This document shows positions 1 through 8,600 of a DNA stretch of 64,000 nt, one piece after another. The notes under the pieces were generated by a model, which saw nothing but the letters and a program-made list of their open reading frames with translations, did not search any database and was not told where the DNA came from. This DNA comes from a virus, in IMG/VR virus record IMGVR_UViG_3300010376_000001, positions 1 to 64,000 of that record; one strand, 5' to 3'. Position 1 is the stretch's first letter. Every line of letters starts with the position of its first letter. Both the position numbers and the translations under genes were made by a program.

Positions 1-1
1 C

Positions 2-421
2 GGCCAGACTGGCCCGGGTGCGGTGACCGGGACACTAGGCTGGCTCCAAAGCCAGGCTGCCGGCTGGGCTGGCGGCGGAACGCCTCCCGACCCTAATCCT
101 CCTATGGAATCAGCAGAAGGGACAACTGTCCTCAATGATAGCGGTGGCACGATCACCGATTCTACTGGCGCCAACTGGACCTGCTCCGGTGGCGTAGTTA
201 AACGCAATGGAGCAAATGCTGGCTACAGCGCCAATGTAACCAAGATCGCCTATTACAGTCACGTGGTCTGGCAGACCAATAATGCCGGGGGCTGGTGGAA
301 GTGGACTGGCTCTGCTTGGCAGGAAGGTACTGACCCTACGCCCAAGCCACCTAACCCGGATAATCCTTTAGCTAGTGGCACTTATACTGTGCCAGCTGGC
401 ACTAAAATTGTCGTACCCTAA
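2..421 (+). CDS. 3' part of a larger ORF entering from upstream of the window; Trp/Gly/Asn-rich beta-type domain with Pro-rich tail, function unknown
   Basis: The frame of ORF 23..421 has no stop back to nt 2, so the true start lies outside the window. Sequence ..YYSHVVWQTNNAGGWWKWTGSAWQ.. followed by PTPKPPNPDNP. No family assigned. Confidence 0.5.
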   Translation, partial: GQTGPGAVTGTLGWLQSQAAGWAGGGTPPDPNPPMESAEGTTVLNDSGGTITDSTGANWTCSGGVVKRNGANAGYSANVTKIAYYSHVVWQTNNAGGWWKWTGSAWQEGTDPTPKPPNPDNPLASGTYTVPAGTKIVVP

Positions 422-446
422 ACAACAAAACCGAAACTAAAAAAAT

Positions 447-941
447 ATGGCAGCAGTTGAAGTCACAATTAGCGGTGTACTTTATGACAAGGTCGCCCGA
501 ACGACTCAACCCGTCGTTCTGATTGGTGAAGCATCATTAACGGGTCTGGGAGTCGGAGGTGGCCCAGTTATTCCACCATCACAACAACCACCTAGTGGCC
601 AACCACCACAACCGATCCATCCCATCTGGGGTCCCCCCGGCTTTAATCCACCGGGTCCGGGCATGCCCCCGGGTATCGGTGGTGGACCAATAATTCCACC
701 AGAACAGCCGCCAAGCGGCCAACCTCCAAAGCCGGTTTTTCCAATTTGGGGTCCTCCGGGAATTAGTTTGCCTCCGGGTTCCGGTTATCCGCCGGTAGCC
801 GGGCATCCATTGCCTGAACCACCGGATCAACCGCCCCAACCGATTATTGGCTGGGAAGCCAAGGTGGGCTGGACGCCTGATACTGGCTGGTTTGTAGCCA
901 TCGTGCCAAAGCCGGAAACCGAAGTACCGACGCCCAGCTAG
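447..941 (+). CDS. Pro-rich protein with an internal ~40-aa duplication
   Basis: GGGPVIPPSQQPPSGQPPQPIHPIWGPPGF.. is repeated as GGGPIIPPEQPPSGQPPKPVFPIWGPPGI.. Conservation of the repeat at protein level supports this frame over the antisense ORF 579..1034. Confidence 0.55.
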   Translation: MAAVEVTISGVLYDKVARTTQPVVLIGEASLTGLGVGGGPVIPPSQQPPSGQPPQPIHPIWGPPGFNPPGPGMPPGIGGGPIIPPEQPPSGQPPKPVFPIWGPPGISLPPGSGYPPVAGHPLPEPPDQPPQPIIGWEAKVGWTPDTGWFVAIVPKPETEVPTPS

Positions 942-1519
942 TGCTTCCAACACCACTCCGGATACTCGTAATGCGGCTGCTTGGGGAAAGCTTCCAGCGG
1001 GATATGCACGCTGGCAGTGAGCGAGCAGCCGCATACGCCACAGGCGCCTAATCGCTGGTCCAGCGGTGTCTTCCGCTGGCCGATAACCTTAAACACCAGC
1101 CCGATCAGATTGGTGCATGATGTGCAACCGCTGATCGGGCTATTTTTTGGACATGATACACAGGTTTCTGCTCTTCTCTGAGCTTCTGCTTGAGGAACGA
1201 AGTGCCGGATCTGAGAAACGGTTGAAAGAAAATGTTTTACGTCTGCAAAGGCAATTTCGGTTTTACCCTCACCGGCACGTCTTTGTGCATCGCGGCAATA
1301 TGCTGAACGGCCTTCAGCCCCCATGCGTTCGCATATCTGCGCTTGAATTTGGTTATCCAATTCCGGGCCGCAAGGAAGCTGATTCAGCTGGCGATGCTTC
1401 CTGACTGCCTCACGCAGATTATAGTAATCACCGCCCTTGATTTCCAAGCCTGTTTCAGGCTGGGTATAACGCCAGCCGCCGGGCGGGATAGTCATCAAAT
1501 CAGTGAGTGCCGTGAACAT
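938..1519 (-). CDS. Cys-rich (putative Zn-binding) protein; the only minus-strand gene in this plus-strand block
   Basis: 193-aa ORF with clustered Cys motifs (CVSCPKN, GCTSCTN, CGVCGC, CWKH). It converges on the 447..941 stop with a 4-nt overlap. No family name recalled. Confidence 0.6.
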   Translation of the reverse strand: MFTALTDLMTIPPGGWRYTQPETGLEIKGGDYYNLREAVRKHRQLNQLPCGPELDNQIQAQICERMGAEGRSAYCRDAQRRAGEGKTEIAFADVKHFLSTVSQIRHFVPQAEAQRRAETCVSCPKNSPISGCTSCTNLIGLVFKVIGQRKTPLDQRLGACGVCGCSLTASVHIPLEAFPKQPHYEYPEWCWKH

Positions 1520-1562
1520 TGTACTAGAAATCCATTAATGCCTGTGGCATAAGGGTTTCAAT

Positions 1563-1778
1563 ATGGCAACATCATCCGGTTCCAAGCCCGGCGTCAAGGC
1601 TATGGAACGAGTCACCCAAAAAGCAGCAACCAGCCGGCCCGGTGGCAAACCTGGCGTTAAAGCCATGGAACGAGAAGTCAACTCGGTACGGCGGGGAAAA
1701 GCAGGCGCTAGTTCGTCCAACGTCGGAGGAACGAACTTCGAATCAAAGCGCGCCAGTATCCGATCAAAAAAAAAGTAG
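1563..1778 (+). CDS. small basic protein with duplicated KPGVKAMER motif
   Basis: Two copies of K-P-G-V-K-A-M-E-R (nt ~1585-1611 and ~1648-1674) differ only at five synonymous third-codon positions. This argues for selection on this frame rather than antisense ORF 1535..1882. Confidence 0.55.
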   Translation: MATSSGSKPGVKAMERVTQKAATSRPGGKPGVKAMEREVNSVRRGKAGASSSNVGGTNFESKRASIRSKKK

Positions 1779-1857
1779 GGAGCATGGGTTCGTCCAAGTT
1801 TGAGACTCCCCGATTTGGGGCAGCCCGGTGGAATATGTGAGGAGGTGAGATAAGCGT

Positions 1858-2094
1858 TTGGCCAAGCTAACAGGTAGCGCACGCCAAAAACTCAAATCCA
1901 GTCAGTTCGCCTTGCCGGGGAAAGGGACCGGCAAGAGCGGCAAGGGACCGGGTAGTTATCCGATCCCTGATGCCAGTCACGCACGAAACGCGCTGGCAAG
2001 AGTCAGCCAGCATGGCAGCTCAGCCCAAAAAGCAGCAGTCCGAGCCAAGGTACATAACAAGTTTCCAGGTATTGGAAAGGCAAAGAAAAAATGA
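1858..2094 (+). CDS. small basic protein with YPIPD-x2-HARNALARVSQHG motif
   Basis: TTG start 7 nt after GGAGGTGAG (Shine-Dalgarno). Lys-rich ends. The P-I-x-D-x2-H-x-R-N-A-x-A-R motif resembles a small conserved phage/actinobacterial family whose name I cannot confirm. Confidence 0.6.
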   Translation: MAKLTGSARQKLKSSQFALPGKGTGKSGKGPGSYPIPDASHARNALARVSQHGSSAQKAAVRAKVHNKFPGIGKAKKK

Positions 2095-2417
2095 GCTATA
2101 TCCCTCCGGCCAATGTTAACCCGCCATTGCCTGTACCGGTCAATTTACCGGTAGCGGTTCCAGCCAATACCCAGCAGCCACCAGTCCCCGGCGCGGTTAA
2201 TCCGGCTCCCTTGAAGGTATCCAATCTGACCGCGCCACCTTATTACCGGGTACCGCAACAGCTGCCGATGACGCCTGATCCCTATCCAACCCGGTTCCCG
2301 CCGGCCGGCGCACCTCTGGTTCCACAACCGCTAAAACGGTTCCAACGTGTTGGATTACGATCTGTAGCTATAGTTCCTCCTTCAACACCAATTCCACCGT
2401 TTCTGCCACCTGCTTGA
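2091..2417 (+). CDS. Pro-rich protein
   Basis: ATGA start/stop overlap with the upstream gene. About one third of residues are proline. No family assigned. Confidence 0.5.
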   Translation: MSYIPPANVNPPLPVPVNLPVAVPANTQQPPVPGAVNPAPLKVSNLTAPPYYRVPQQLPMTPDPYPTRFPPAGAPLVPQPLKRFQRVGLRSVAIVPPSTPIPPFLPPA

Positions 2418-2986
2418 AAGTCTGGTGGAGAGAAGAAGAATTACTTTATGAGGAGCAGTGGCTGCTTGGTCTTCTTTTCCAGGCGCATCACGATAGTTGT
2501 TTCCGTTCCAATCCCTCTTCAGTAGCAGTTATCAACTCGGCAGCCGGCTCCGGTGATATCAGCAAGGCCATTGCCGCTGCCATTCTGACTATTGGCGGCC
2601 AGCATGCTCCTTTAGAGCAGACCTACCATTTCCTGGAACAGGATGCTCCAGAGAACCAGGTTGTCTGGTTTCTGGCAGCCAAGCAGAAAGTACCAGGCTG
2701 GGGTGGATCATTTCAGAAGGATGGAATTGATCCACTTTGGAAGCCAGTAAATTTCGCTCTATATAAATACCAATCTGTATCCAAGAAACTAGATGATGTT
2801 ACGGCTGTTTTGCATAGAGAGGGTAAAATCATTTACCCAAATCCAAGTGCGCTTACCGCAGCGGTAGCAATTGCACTTGGGATTCCAGCACAGCTGCTGA
2901 GTTATCTTTTTATCAAGGCCAGGTTGGACGCCTGGGCCGAAATCGCATGGAAACAAGAAACAAATGGACAAAGCAATACTAGTTGA
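2414..2986 (+). CDS. truncated citrate synthase-like domain protein, probably catalytically degenerate
   Basis: Colinear with the C-terminal ~180 aa of citrate synthases. AHHD..NPSSVAV..SAAGSGDISKAIAAAILTIGGQHAP matches LHADHE..STSTV..GPxHGGA. KVPGWGGSFQKDGIDP matches GFGHRVYKxxDPR. IYPNPSALTAAVAIALGIP matches LYPNVDFYSGIxxxAxGIP. The second catalytic His and the Asp are replaced. There is no internal ATG; the start is TTG at 2414, overlapping the upstream stop. Confidence 0.55.
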   Translation: MKVWWREEELLYEEQWLLGLLFQAHHDSCFRSNPSSVAVINSAAGSGDISKAIAAAILTIGGQHAPLEQTYHFLEQDAPENQVVWFLAAKQKVPGWGGSFQKDGIDPLWKPVNFALYKYQSVSKKLDDVTAVLHREGKIIYPNPSALTAAVAIALGIPAQLLSYLFIKARLDAWAEIAWKQETNGQSNTS

Positions 2987-3392
2987 TGGTGTAGTTGTAC
3001 CGATTATAGATCTCACTGTCTGGGGTCGCTGGATGGAAAATGCTGATCGGCATGTAGCTGAAGACTGGATCTGTGAAAATAGAGTCAGCACAGTTTTTCT
3101 AGGACTTAACCATTCTTATGATGAAGGAGAGTTGTGGTTTGAGACAATGATTTTCGGTCCTAGGCATAAGGTGAAATCTCTCTGGATTAAAGAATACATC
3201 TCCTGTGGAGATGAGCTTTATATAGCTCGGTATGCCTCTTTAGAGAAAGCTAAAGTTGGACACGCTATAGCTTTGGAATGGCTAAGAGAGCGCATGGATT
3301 TAAGCAAGAAGTATCAGTTGCAGTTAACAGAAGGAAACAGAAATGAGATCGTTGTTAGTGGATCCCTTCCAACAGGAAGTGCATGTAATTGA
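2964..3392 (+). CDS. conserved phage hypothetical protein (..STVFLGLNH..LWFETMIFG.. type)
   Basis: 142-aa ORF. The STVFLG / FETMIF motif pair recurs in small phage and plasmid early proteins as far as I recall. Confidence 0.55.
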   Translation: MDKAILVDGVVVPIIDLTVWGRWMENADRHVAEDWICENRVSTVFLGLNHSYDEGELWFETMIFGPRHKVKSLWIKEYISCGDELYIARYASLEKAKVGHAIALEWLRERMDLSKKYQLQLTEGNRNEIVVSGSLPTGSACN

Positions 3393-3753
3393 GTGTGGAG
3401 AACATATTCATGAGTGGCATAAATGGTGTGATTGCCACTGTTTCGATCACCTGTCACTGGGCAGGTTTTTTGACCAGATGCAGGATATGTGGGTGGATGA
3501 TGAAGGCTTACTGCGTGAGCCACGTTATCCCATGTTCCGCTGGGAATGGTACCACCAGCCGTTGGCTGGTTACGGCCTGATCAATGCTAGCGTTGGCCCG
3601 GAGACAGTGGCAACCCAAATGCCGGCTGAGTTTGTCCAGGAGCATATCTATTGGGAACCCTGGGAGAAACGGTTAGATCCCAAGGACTATTTTGAACAAC
3701 TGAGCCGGTTGTACATGGTAGGCAGCGGCAAATCTCAGAGGAGGTTCGAATGA
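3343..3753 (+). CDS. DUF3846-like protein (tentative)
   Basis: AAGGAA 6-7 nt before the ATG. The ..MWVDDEGLL..P.N.. and ..LAGYGLI.. motifs are typical of DUF3846 as I remember it. Confidence 0.45.
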   Translation: MRSLLVDPFQQEVHVIECGEHIHEWHKWCDCHCFDHLSLGRFFDQMQDMWVDDEGLLREPRYPMFRWEWYHQPLAGYGLINASVGPETVATQMPAEFVQEHIYWEPWEKRLDPKDYFEQLSRLYMVGSGKSQRRFE

Positions 3754-3935
3754 CTAAGGAACTAGCAAATGAGGTTGAAGCCTACCTGACTAAGAAGCTT
3801 ACTCCGGAACATGGTTACATCCTTATTGTGGGAGAAAATGACGGAATCATAATTAGTAATTATGATGGAAATACTATTACTAAAATCTTAGGTGCATTTG
3901 CTCACATGGTTTATGGCAAGCCGGAGGACAATTAA
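3750..3935 (+). CDS. small hypothetical protein
   Basis: GAGGAGG Shine-Dalgarno and ATGA overlap with the upstream gene. Confidence 0.55.
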   Translation: MTKELANEVEAYLTKKLTPEHGYILIVGENDGIIISNYDGNTITKILGAFAHMVYGKPEDN

Positions 3936-4091
3936 ATGGAAGACTTTGCTCTGCTTTTTGCCATAATTCTGATCCTAGCTTTACTGATCTGGATTCTTAA
4001 GCTTCAGCTTCAGGTCTATTCTCTACAAAGAGATCTATTGGAACGGGAGCGCTGGCACTGGCGCGAACTTAACCGAAATCGTCGATTATGA
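3936..4091 (+). CDS. 51-aa single-pass membrane protein (below the ORF-track cutoff)
   Basis: ATG at 3936 directly follows the TAA at 3933-3935. Translation MEDFALLFAIILILALLIWILKLQLQVYSLQRDLLERERWHWRELNRNRRL: a hydrophobic helix followed by a basic tail. Its TGA (4089-4091) overlaps the next ATG (4088). Confidence 0.45.
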   Translation: MEDFALLFAIILILALLIWILKLQLQVYSLQRDLLERERWHWRELNRNRRL

Positions 4092-4441
4092 GCACTATCG
4101 CCCTGGATTTTGATGGAGTTTTGTCTAACTACACAGGCTGGCATGGACCAGGTAGACTGGATCCACCGGTAGATGGCGCTATTGAAGCAATTCGCGCTTA
4201 TCAGGATGCCGGGCTGGATGTGTGCGTTTACACTTCCAGGGCAGATAGTCCGGAGTCGATTCGTCAGCTAGAGCACTGGTTACGCGAATATGGGTTAGAA
4301 TCGCGCCGAGCTAAGCAAATCCAGATTACCAGCCGTAAACCGCCGGCCGTCGTCTATCTGGATGATCGTGCCTGGCAGTTTAAAGGCACTTTTCCTTCGC
4401 CAGGGGAAATCAAGTCATTCAAGACCTGGCAAGGTCATTAG
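4088..4441 (+). CDS. small HAD-superfamily phosphatase / nucleotidase-like protein
   Basis: N-terminal DFDGVL (DxDG nucleophile motif), ..VYTSR.. (motif II Ser/Thr) and a ..YLDDR.. acidic motif. The size is typical of phage 5'(3')-nucleotidase-like HAD proteins. Confidence 0.65.
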   Translation: MSTIALDFDGVLSNYTGWHGPGRLDPPVDGAIEAIRAYQDAGLDVCVYTSRADSPESIRQLEHWLREYGLESRRAKQIQITSRKPPAVVYLDDRAWQFKGTFPSPGEIKSFKTWQGH

Positions 4442-4442
4442 C

Positions 4443-4485
4443 AAAGTTAGGTTAACCTAATATTTCAAAAAATAGGAAAAATTTT
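4443..4485. repeat. 43-bp direct repeat, copy A (contains perfect palindrome TTAGGTTAACCTAA at 4447-4460)
   Basis: aaagttaggttaacctaatatttcaaaaaataggaaaaatttt matches 5648..5690 at 38 of 43 positions (counted by hand). Confidence 0.8.
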
Positions 4486-4524
4486 GATTACAGTTAAATA
4501 ATAGAAACAGAAAACAGAAATGTA

Positions 4525-5655
4525 ATGGACAACATCAAAAAAGAGGAGATCATCAAGGAAATTCGCCAGCATATAGATGAGCGTGCGGATTATCCCAAGG
4601 ATCCCAAAAGAATAATGAAATGGAGCCCAAATGTGTATCGGGCTTACTTCGGTCGGAAATATATACTGCCTAATTATCGGGCACCTTATTATTTTCGGCA
4701 GGACTTCATGAACTACTGCGAGTGGTGTGGGATACAATTGTATCCCCTGGCTAATAACAGGGACGATGTTATTAAAACCCAGTTTGGCTGTAATGCTATT
4801 GCCCTGCGGCATAAGCGGCCTCAGCTATTTCTGGAGATGGAGCTGGGTGCACAGTTAATCAAGTCAGCTATGCCCCTGGACATGATGGCCGAGGATATCA
4901 AATGGAAATGGCCGGGCTTCAGGATCTTTCTGCCTAAGGGACTGCTTACGATTGAGCGAGATGGGTATGATTATTCACTTATGTTCTTAGATATTGCCCT
5001 GGTCGAAGAAGGAGACAGAAACTGGGCAATTTCAGAAGAGTTCGCCAGCGAGTTTGATCGATTTCTAACTAACGAATACTCAGCTCCAATTCGTCCATTC
5101 CGAGAGATTCGATTCATGTATTCAGAAGCATGCATCATTGCTGCTGGCATGATTGAAAAAGGACCGGACAGTTCCGGGCTGACTACCTACGCGCTAGTCA
5201 AACCTTTTGCCCATTATACCCTTCGCTACCTGACCGAGATTCAGGATGAGCTAAAGACCGAGTGGCCCAGGGATAATATTGACCAGGTATTTCTGAAAAA
5301 AATGGAGATCTTGGTTATCAATATCCTACTATTCCTCTCGGCCTATCCACTGGAATATCCACCTGAAGAGAAACATGTGCTTCGCAAACCACGGATGGAA
5401 GGCAAGCATCATATTCCTGGGTTGTATCCCGCAAAGTGGGTAGGTCAAAGCCAGATCAGGCCGGAGCATAGACCACATGCAGTGGCTCATATGGTAGGTA
5501 AGGAAGAGTATCATTTAAGGCACCACTGGCGCTGTGGGCATTGGAAGAGACAAGCCTTTGGCCCTGGTCGAGCTGATCGGAAGTTAGTCTGGATCAGCCC
5601 ATACCAGGCAGGGATGATGGAAGAGGAAGAGGAGAAAAAGAAGCAGAAAAGTTAG
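4525..5655 (+). CDS. orphan 376-aa protein, AT-richer than its neighbours, with Lys/Glu-rich ends and a His/Arg/Trp-rich C-terminal motif
   Basis: Long ORF bracketed by the 43-bp direct repeats. Contains CEWCG..C and ..HLRHHWRCGHWKRQAFGPGRADRKLVWISPY.. No family recognised. Confidence 0.65.
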   Translation: MDNIKKEEIIKEIRQHIDERADYPKDPKRIMKWSPNVYRAYFGRKYILPNYRAPYYFRQDFMNYCEWCGIQLYPLANNRDDVIKTQFGCNAIALRHKRPQLFLEMELGAQLIKSAMPLDMMAEDIKWKWPGFRIFLPKGLLTIERDGYDYSLMFLDIALVEEGDRNWAISEEFASEFDRFLTNEYSAPIRPFREIRFMYSEACIIAAGMIEKGPDSSGLTTYALVKPFAHYTLRYLTEIQDELKTEWPRDNIDQVFLKKMEILVINILLFLSAYPLEYPPEEKHVLRKPRMEGKHHIPGLYPAKWVGQSQIRPEHRPHAVAHMVGKEEYHLRHHWRCGHWKRQAFGPGRADRKLVWISPYQAGMMEEEEEKKKQKS

Positions 5656-5690
5656 GTGAGCCTAATCTTTCAAAAAATGGTAAAAATTTT
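5648..5690. repeat. 43-bp direct repeat, copy B, in the convergent junction of the two arms
   Basis: aaagttaggtgagcctaatctttcaaaaaatggtaaaaatttt. It overlaps the TAG of 4525..5655 and abuts the stop of the giant ORF. Read on the minus strand, the TTAGG/CCTAA stem is followed by a CTTTTCTGCTTCTTTTTC tract. Confidence 0.8.
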
Positions 5691-8600
5691 TACTGCTCCT
5701 CATCCTCGTAGTTTTTGGCGCCCTTGCTAAATAGCCCACTCGGCATATGGTTCCCGCTCTTGCGCGCCTCGCTCAGGATCGATTTGGATGGAATGTAGGC
5801 ATGATAACGCCCAGTCATCAGGTCATTAATCATTTCGTTTGAGTAGCGCCTCTCTTTGAGGGCGCTTTTAATCGCAGTCGTTGTCATCCCTGAATCACGG
5901 GCAGCGGCGATCTTGTCGCGCAAGTTACCAAAGATAATCCGGCGCACGGATTCCATGTGTTGGTAAGCAGCACGCATATCGTTATCAGTCATGGCGTTGC
6001 GCTGGATTGGACCGGTAAAGATCCTTACTGAATTGCCCAGCTCATCCCGGGAGCTATACAAGCTGGATCGGAACCGGTCTGGGATAGAGATCTCGTGCAG
6101 ATCCTGGCCCAGTGTCTCACTCTTGAGCAGAATATTGGGATCGTACACTACTCCTCCCTTGGTAGTCGTACCCATCTGGGGCAGCTGCCGGCCAGCCCGG
6201 CCTAGTGTTCCACCACTCCATCTGGTCCAGGCATAATTGAGCATGTCTAATGCTTTACCTTCGGGATGGTTGCCATACATCCTGAGCCAGTGATCCTCCG
6301 GATTATAAACCTGGGTGCCGTACTCAGTCTGGTTCCGAGAGATATCAACCAGTGCACCTGGCATCAGTCCAAAGTTTACCATCGGATGGAATTGCTCACC
6401 CATAGCTGCCTGGATCCGGCCAGCGATGCCATCCTTGTTCGGAGTGAGCGCAGCAATTACTGACCGGGCCAGGTCGCCTTGTGGCATGACATAATTCAGG
6501 TTCATGTACTGCCGCTTACCATCCTTCATCGGCCCATAGATCCGCACATCATTCTGTTCCCATGGTGGCAGCAGCTTGCGCAGGTTATCATCCTCGCGCT
6601 GGCTCACACCAAACCAGTGCATCGCAGTCTGAGCTAGCGCATAGGCGAAGCCAGCCGATGCCATTAGTCCAGCAGCTCTACGTACTCCTTCGAATCTTTC
6701 GATTCGATTTGGACTACGCAAATAATTCAGAGCATATCCCCATTGATTGGCGTATGAACGCAGCATCTCACTTCTGAATGTCAGGAATGGTCCAATAAAG
6801 GGCTGTGCCCGTACCCTTTTTACCAATGGGCTAGTCAAACTGTAAGAGATATTGGTATCGTTAACGATCCGGGCCGCTTTGCGTTTGATCTCATCCTCAG
6901 TCAATGTCCTGACCTCACCAGTCATTGAATCTTTTCGGTTCAATCGCACATCTTCCAGGTTAGCTTCCCGGACAAACTTCTGCTTGGCATACCACTGGGC
7001 CATCTTGTTTACATCGTTACCAGCCACATGGAACTTCTGGGCTAGCTCAGCTGCCTCTTTCCACCAGGTACCTTTGGTCCGCATGCCAGGTAAGGCTGGA
7101 GCAATTCGTGCCCAGAGTTTGTTTTTAGCCGCATAATTCTCAATCCCCTCCAGATAATCCAGCGGTCCACGCTGCATATACTTGTACCCATTCTGGGTCA
7201 TGTCCCTGAGTGTGAACGGGTCAGTAGTCTTATCGAGTACACCGTAGCGCCTAGCCTCCTCGATGTTCCGCATGACTTCCCGGCTATCGCCTCGAAACAT
7301 ATCGATCACATAATTCTTAGCGGCGCGCAGAGCGCGTGCATCAGTAGGCAGCATTCCATTCTGCACCATACCAAAGAGGCCACTCCACATGTTCGCTATA
7401 CCTCGGCGCGAAGACAGCATGGTAGTCATGTACCTGGAGCTGTTCTCTAGGCTACTGATAAGTGGGATCGAAGAGGTCATGTGCTGGCTCAAGGCATCGT
7501 AGCCTCGCAGGACATCATGGATCTCGCGCGAGGTCCATTTACCAGCCAGTGCCCCCATCATGGTGGGCTTTACCTTCTGGACTACTGAACCATCCTCCTG
7601 CAATACATCTACAGGTGAGAGCTGTGGTATCTGATGGGTCCAATTTCGGGTAGCGTCCTGCCTATCCCCAAAGTATTTACCAGCCCCGGCGCGCAGGAAT
7701 TCCTGGGCTAGCTGTGCTGTCTGCAGGTACTGGTTCTGGCGCTGGATAGTATGGATCAATCGGATACCAACATCTTTTTCCTCACCCATGAGTTCCCGGA
7801 ACGCATCCGGTAATTTGGTTACCTCCTGGAGCAAACTGTCATTGAGCACAAAGGCCGGCCCAAATGATGTGCGTGCCTTATCTCTGGCCTCAGCTGTCTG
7901 CCGATACCGTGCCAGCATCTCACTCATCTTCTGTGAAACCATGCCGTCAGTGATCGAATCATTCAGACGTGCAGCCGTGAAGAGTTCAGCCCTGCGTTTA
8001 GCTTCCAGGTAATCAGATGTACCCGGTCGATACTTCCGGGCTGCCCGGTCCCCGGCCTCCTTACTCTGCACATCTATCCACCATTTTCGCATGTAGGGGA
8101 TAGCATGGTTCCATTTAGCTGGATCAGTATCCTGGGCAAAGCGTGGTTCGTGAAAGATCCTTTGAGATCGGGCGACGTACTGCCCCGGACCACCTGCTGC
8201 CTCCCCGCGCGGGAAGCGGTTACTAAAGAACTCTTTGTAAAGCTCGCTGTCTTCCTTGATAAAGCCTAGCGCGCGCAGTCGGTCACTGAAGTTGTCAATC
8301 GATGCCCGACCCTCCATCAGATGATTGTACAGGTCCGGGTGCATATCTTCAGGAGCAGTCAGGTGTTTACCTTCCAGTACTGCGTTTAATTTCTCATCCT
8401 GCCTGGCTGGTGTAGTCAGGGGATCAACTCCCATATGCTTTTTAATCAGGGTATTCAGTTTCCGATCCCAGAAACCCAGGTAATGGGAGAGAGCGGAGAC
8501 TTCATACTTCAGATGTTCCAGCTGCGCTTTGAATAATTCCTTGGGCAGGTTACCCTGTTGCAATAGCTCTCTACCCCAGCGCATGATCCGATTCTTGGGT

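Noticed and set aside
1535-1882. A 115-codon minus-strand ORF opposite the small basic gene.
   Set aside because: The two KPGVKAMER-encoding copies differ only at third positions of the plus-strand frame. This supports the plus-strand ORF as the coding one.
2091-2986. A programmed -1 frameshift fusing the Pro-rich ORF to the citrate-synthase-like ORF, considered because the latter lacks any ATG.
   Set aside because: There is no X-XXY-YYZ slippery heptamer near 2390-2417. A TTG start overlapping the stop (cTTGAaa) is a simpler explanation.
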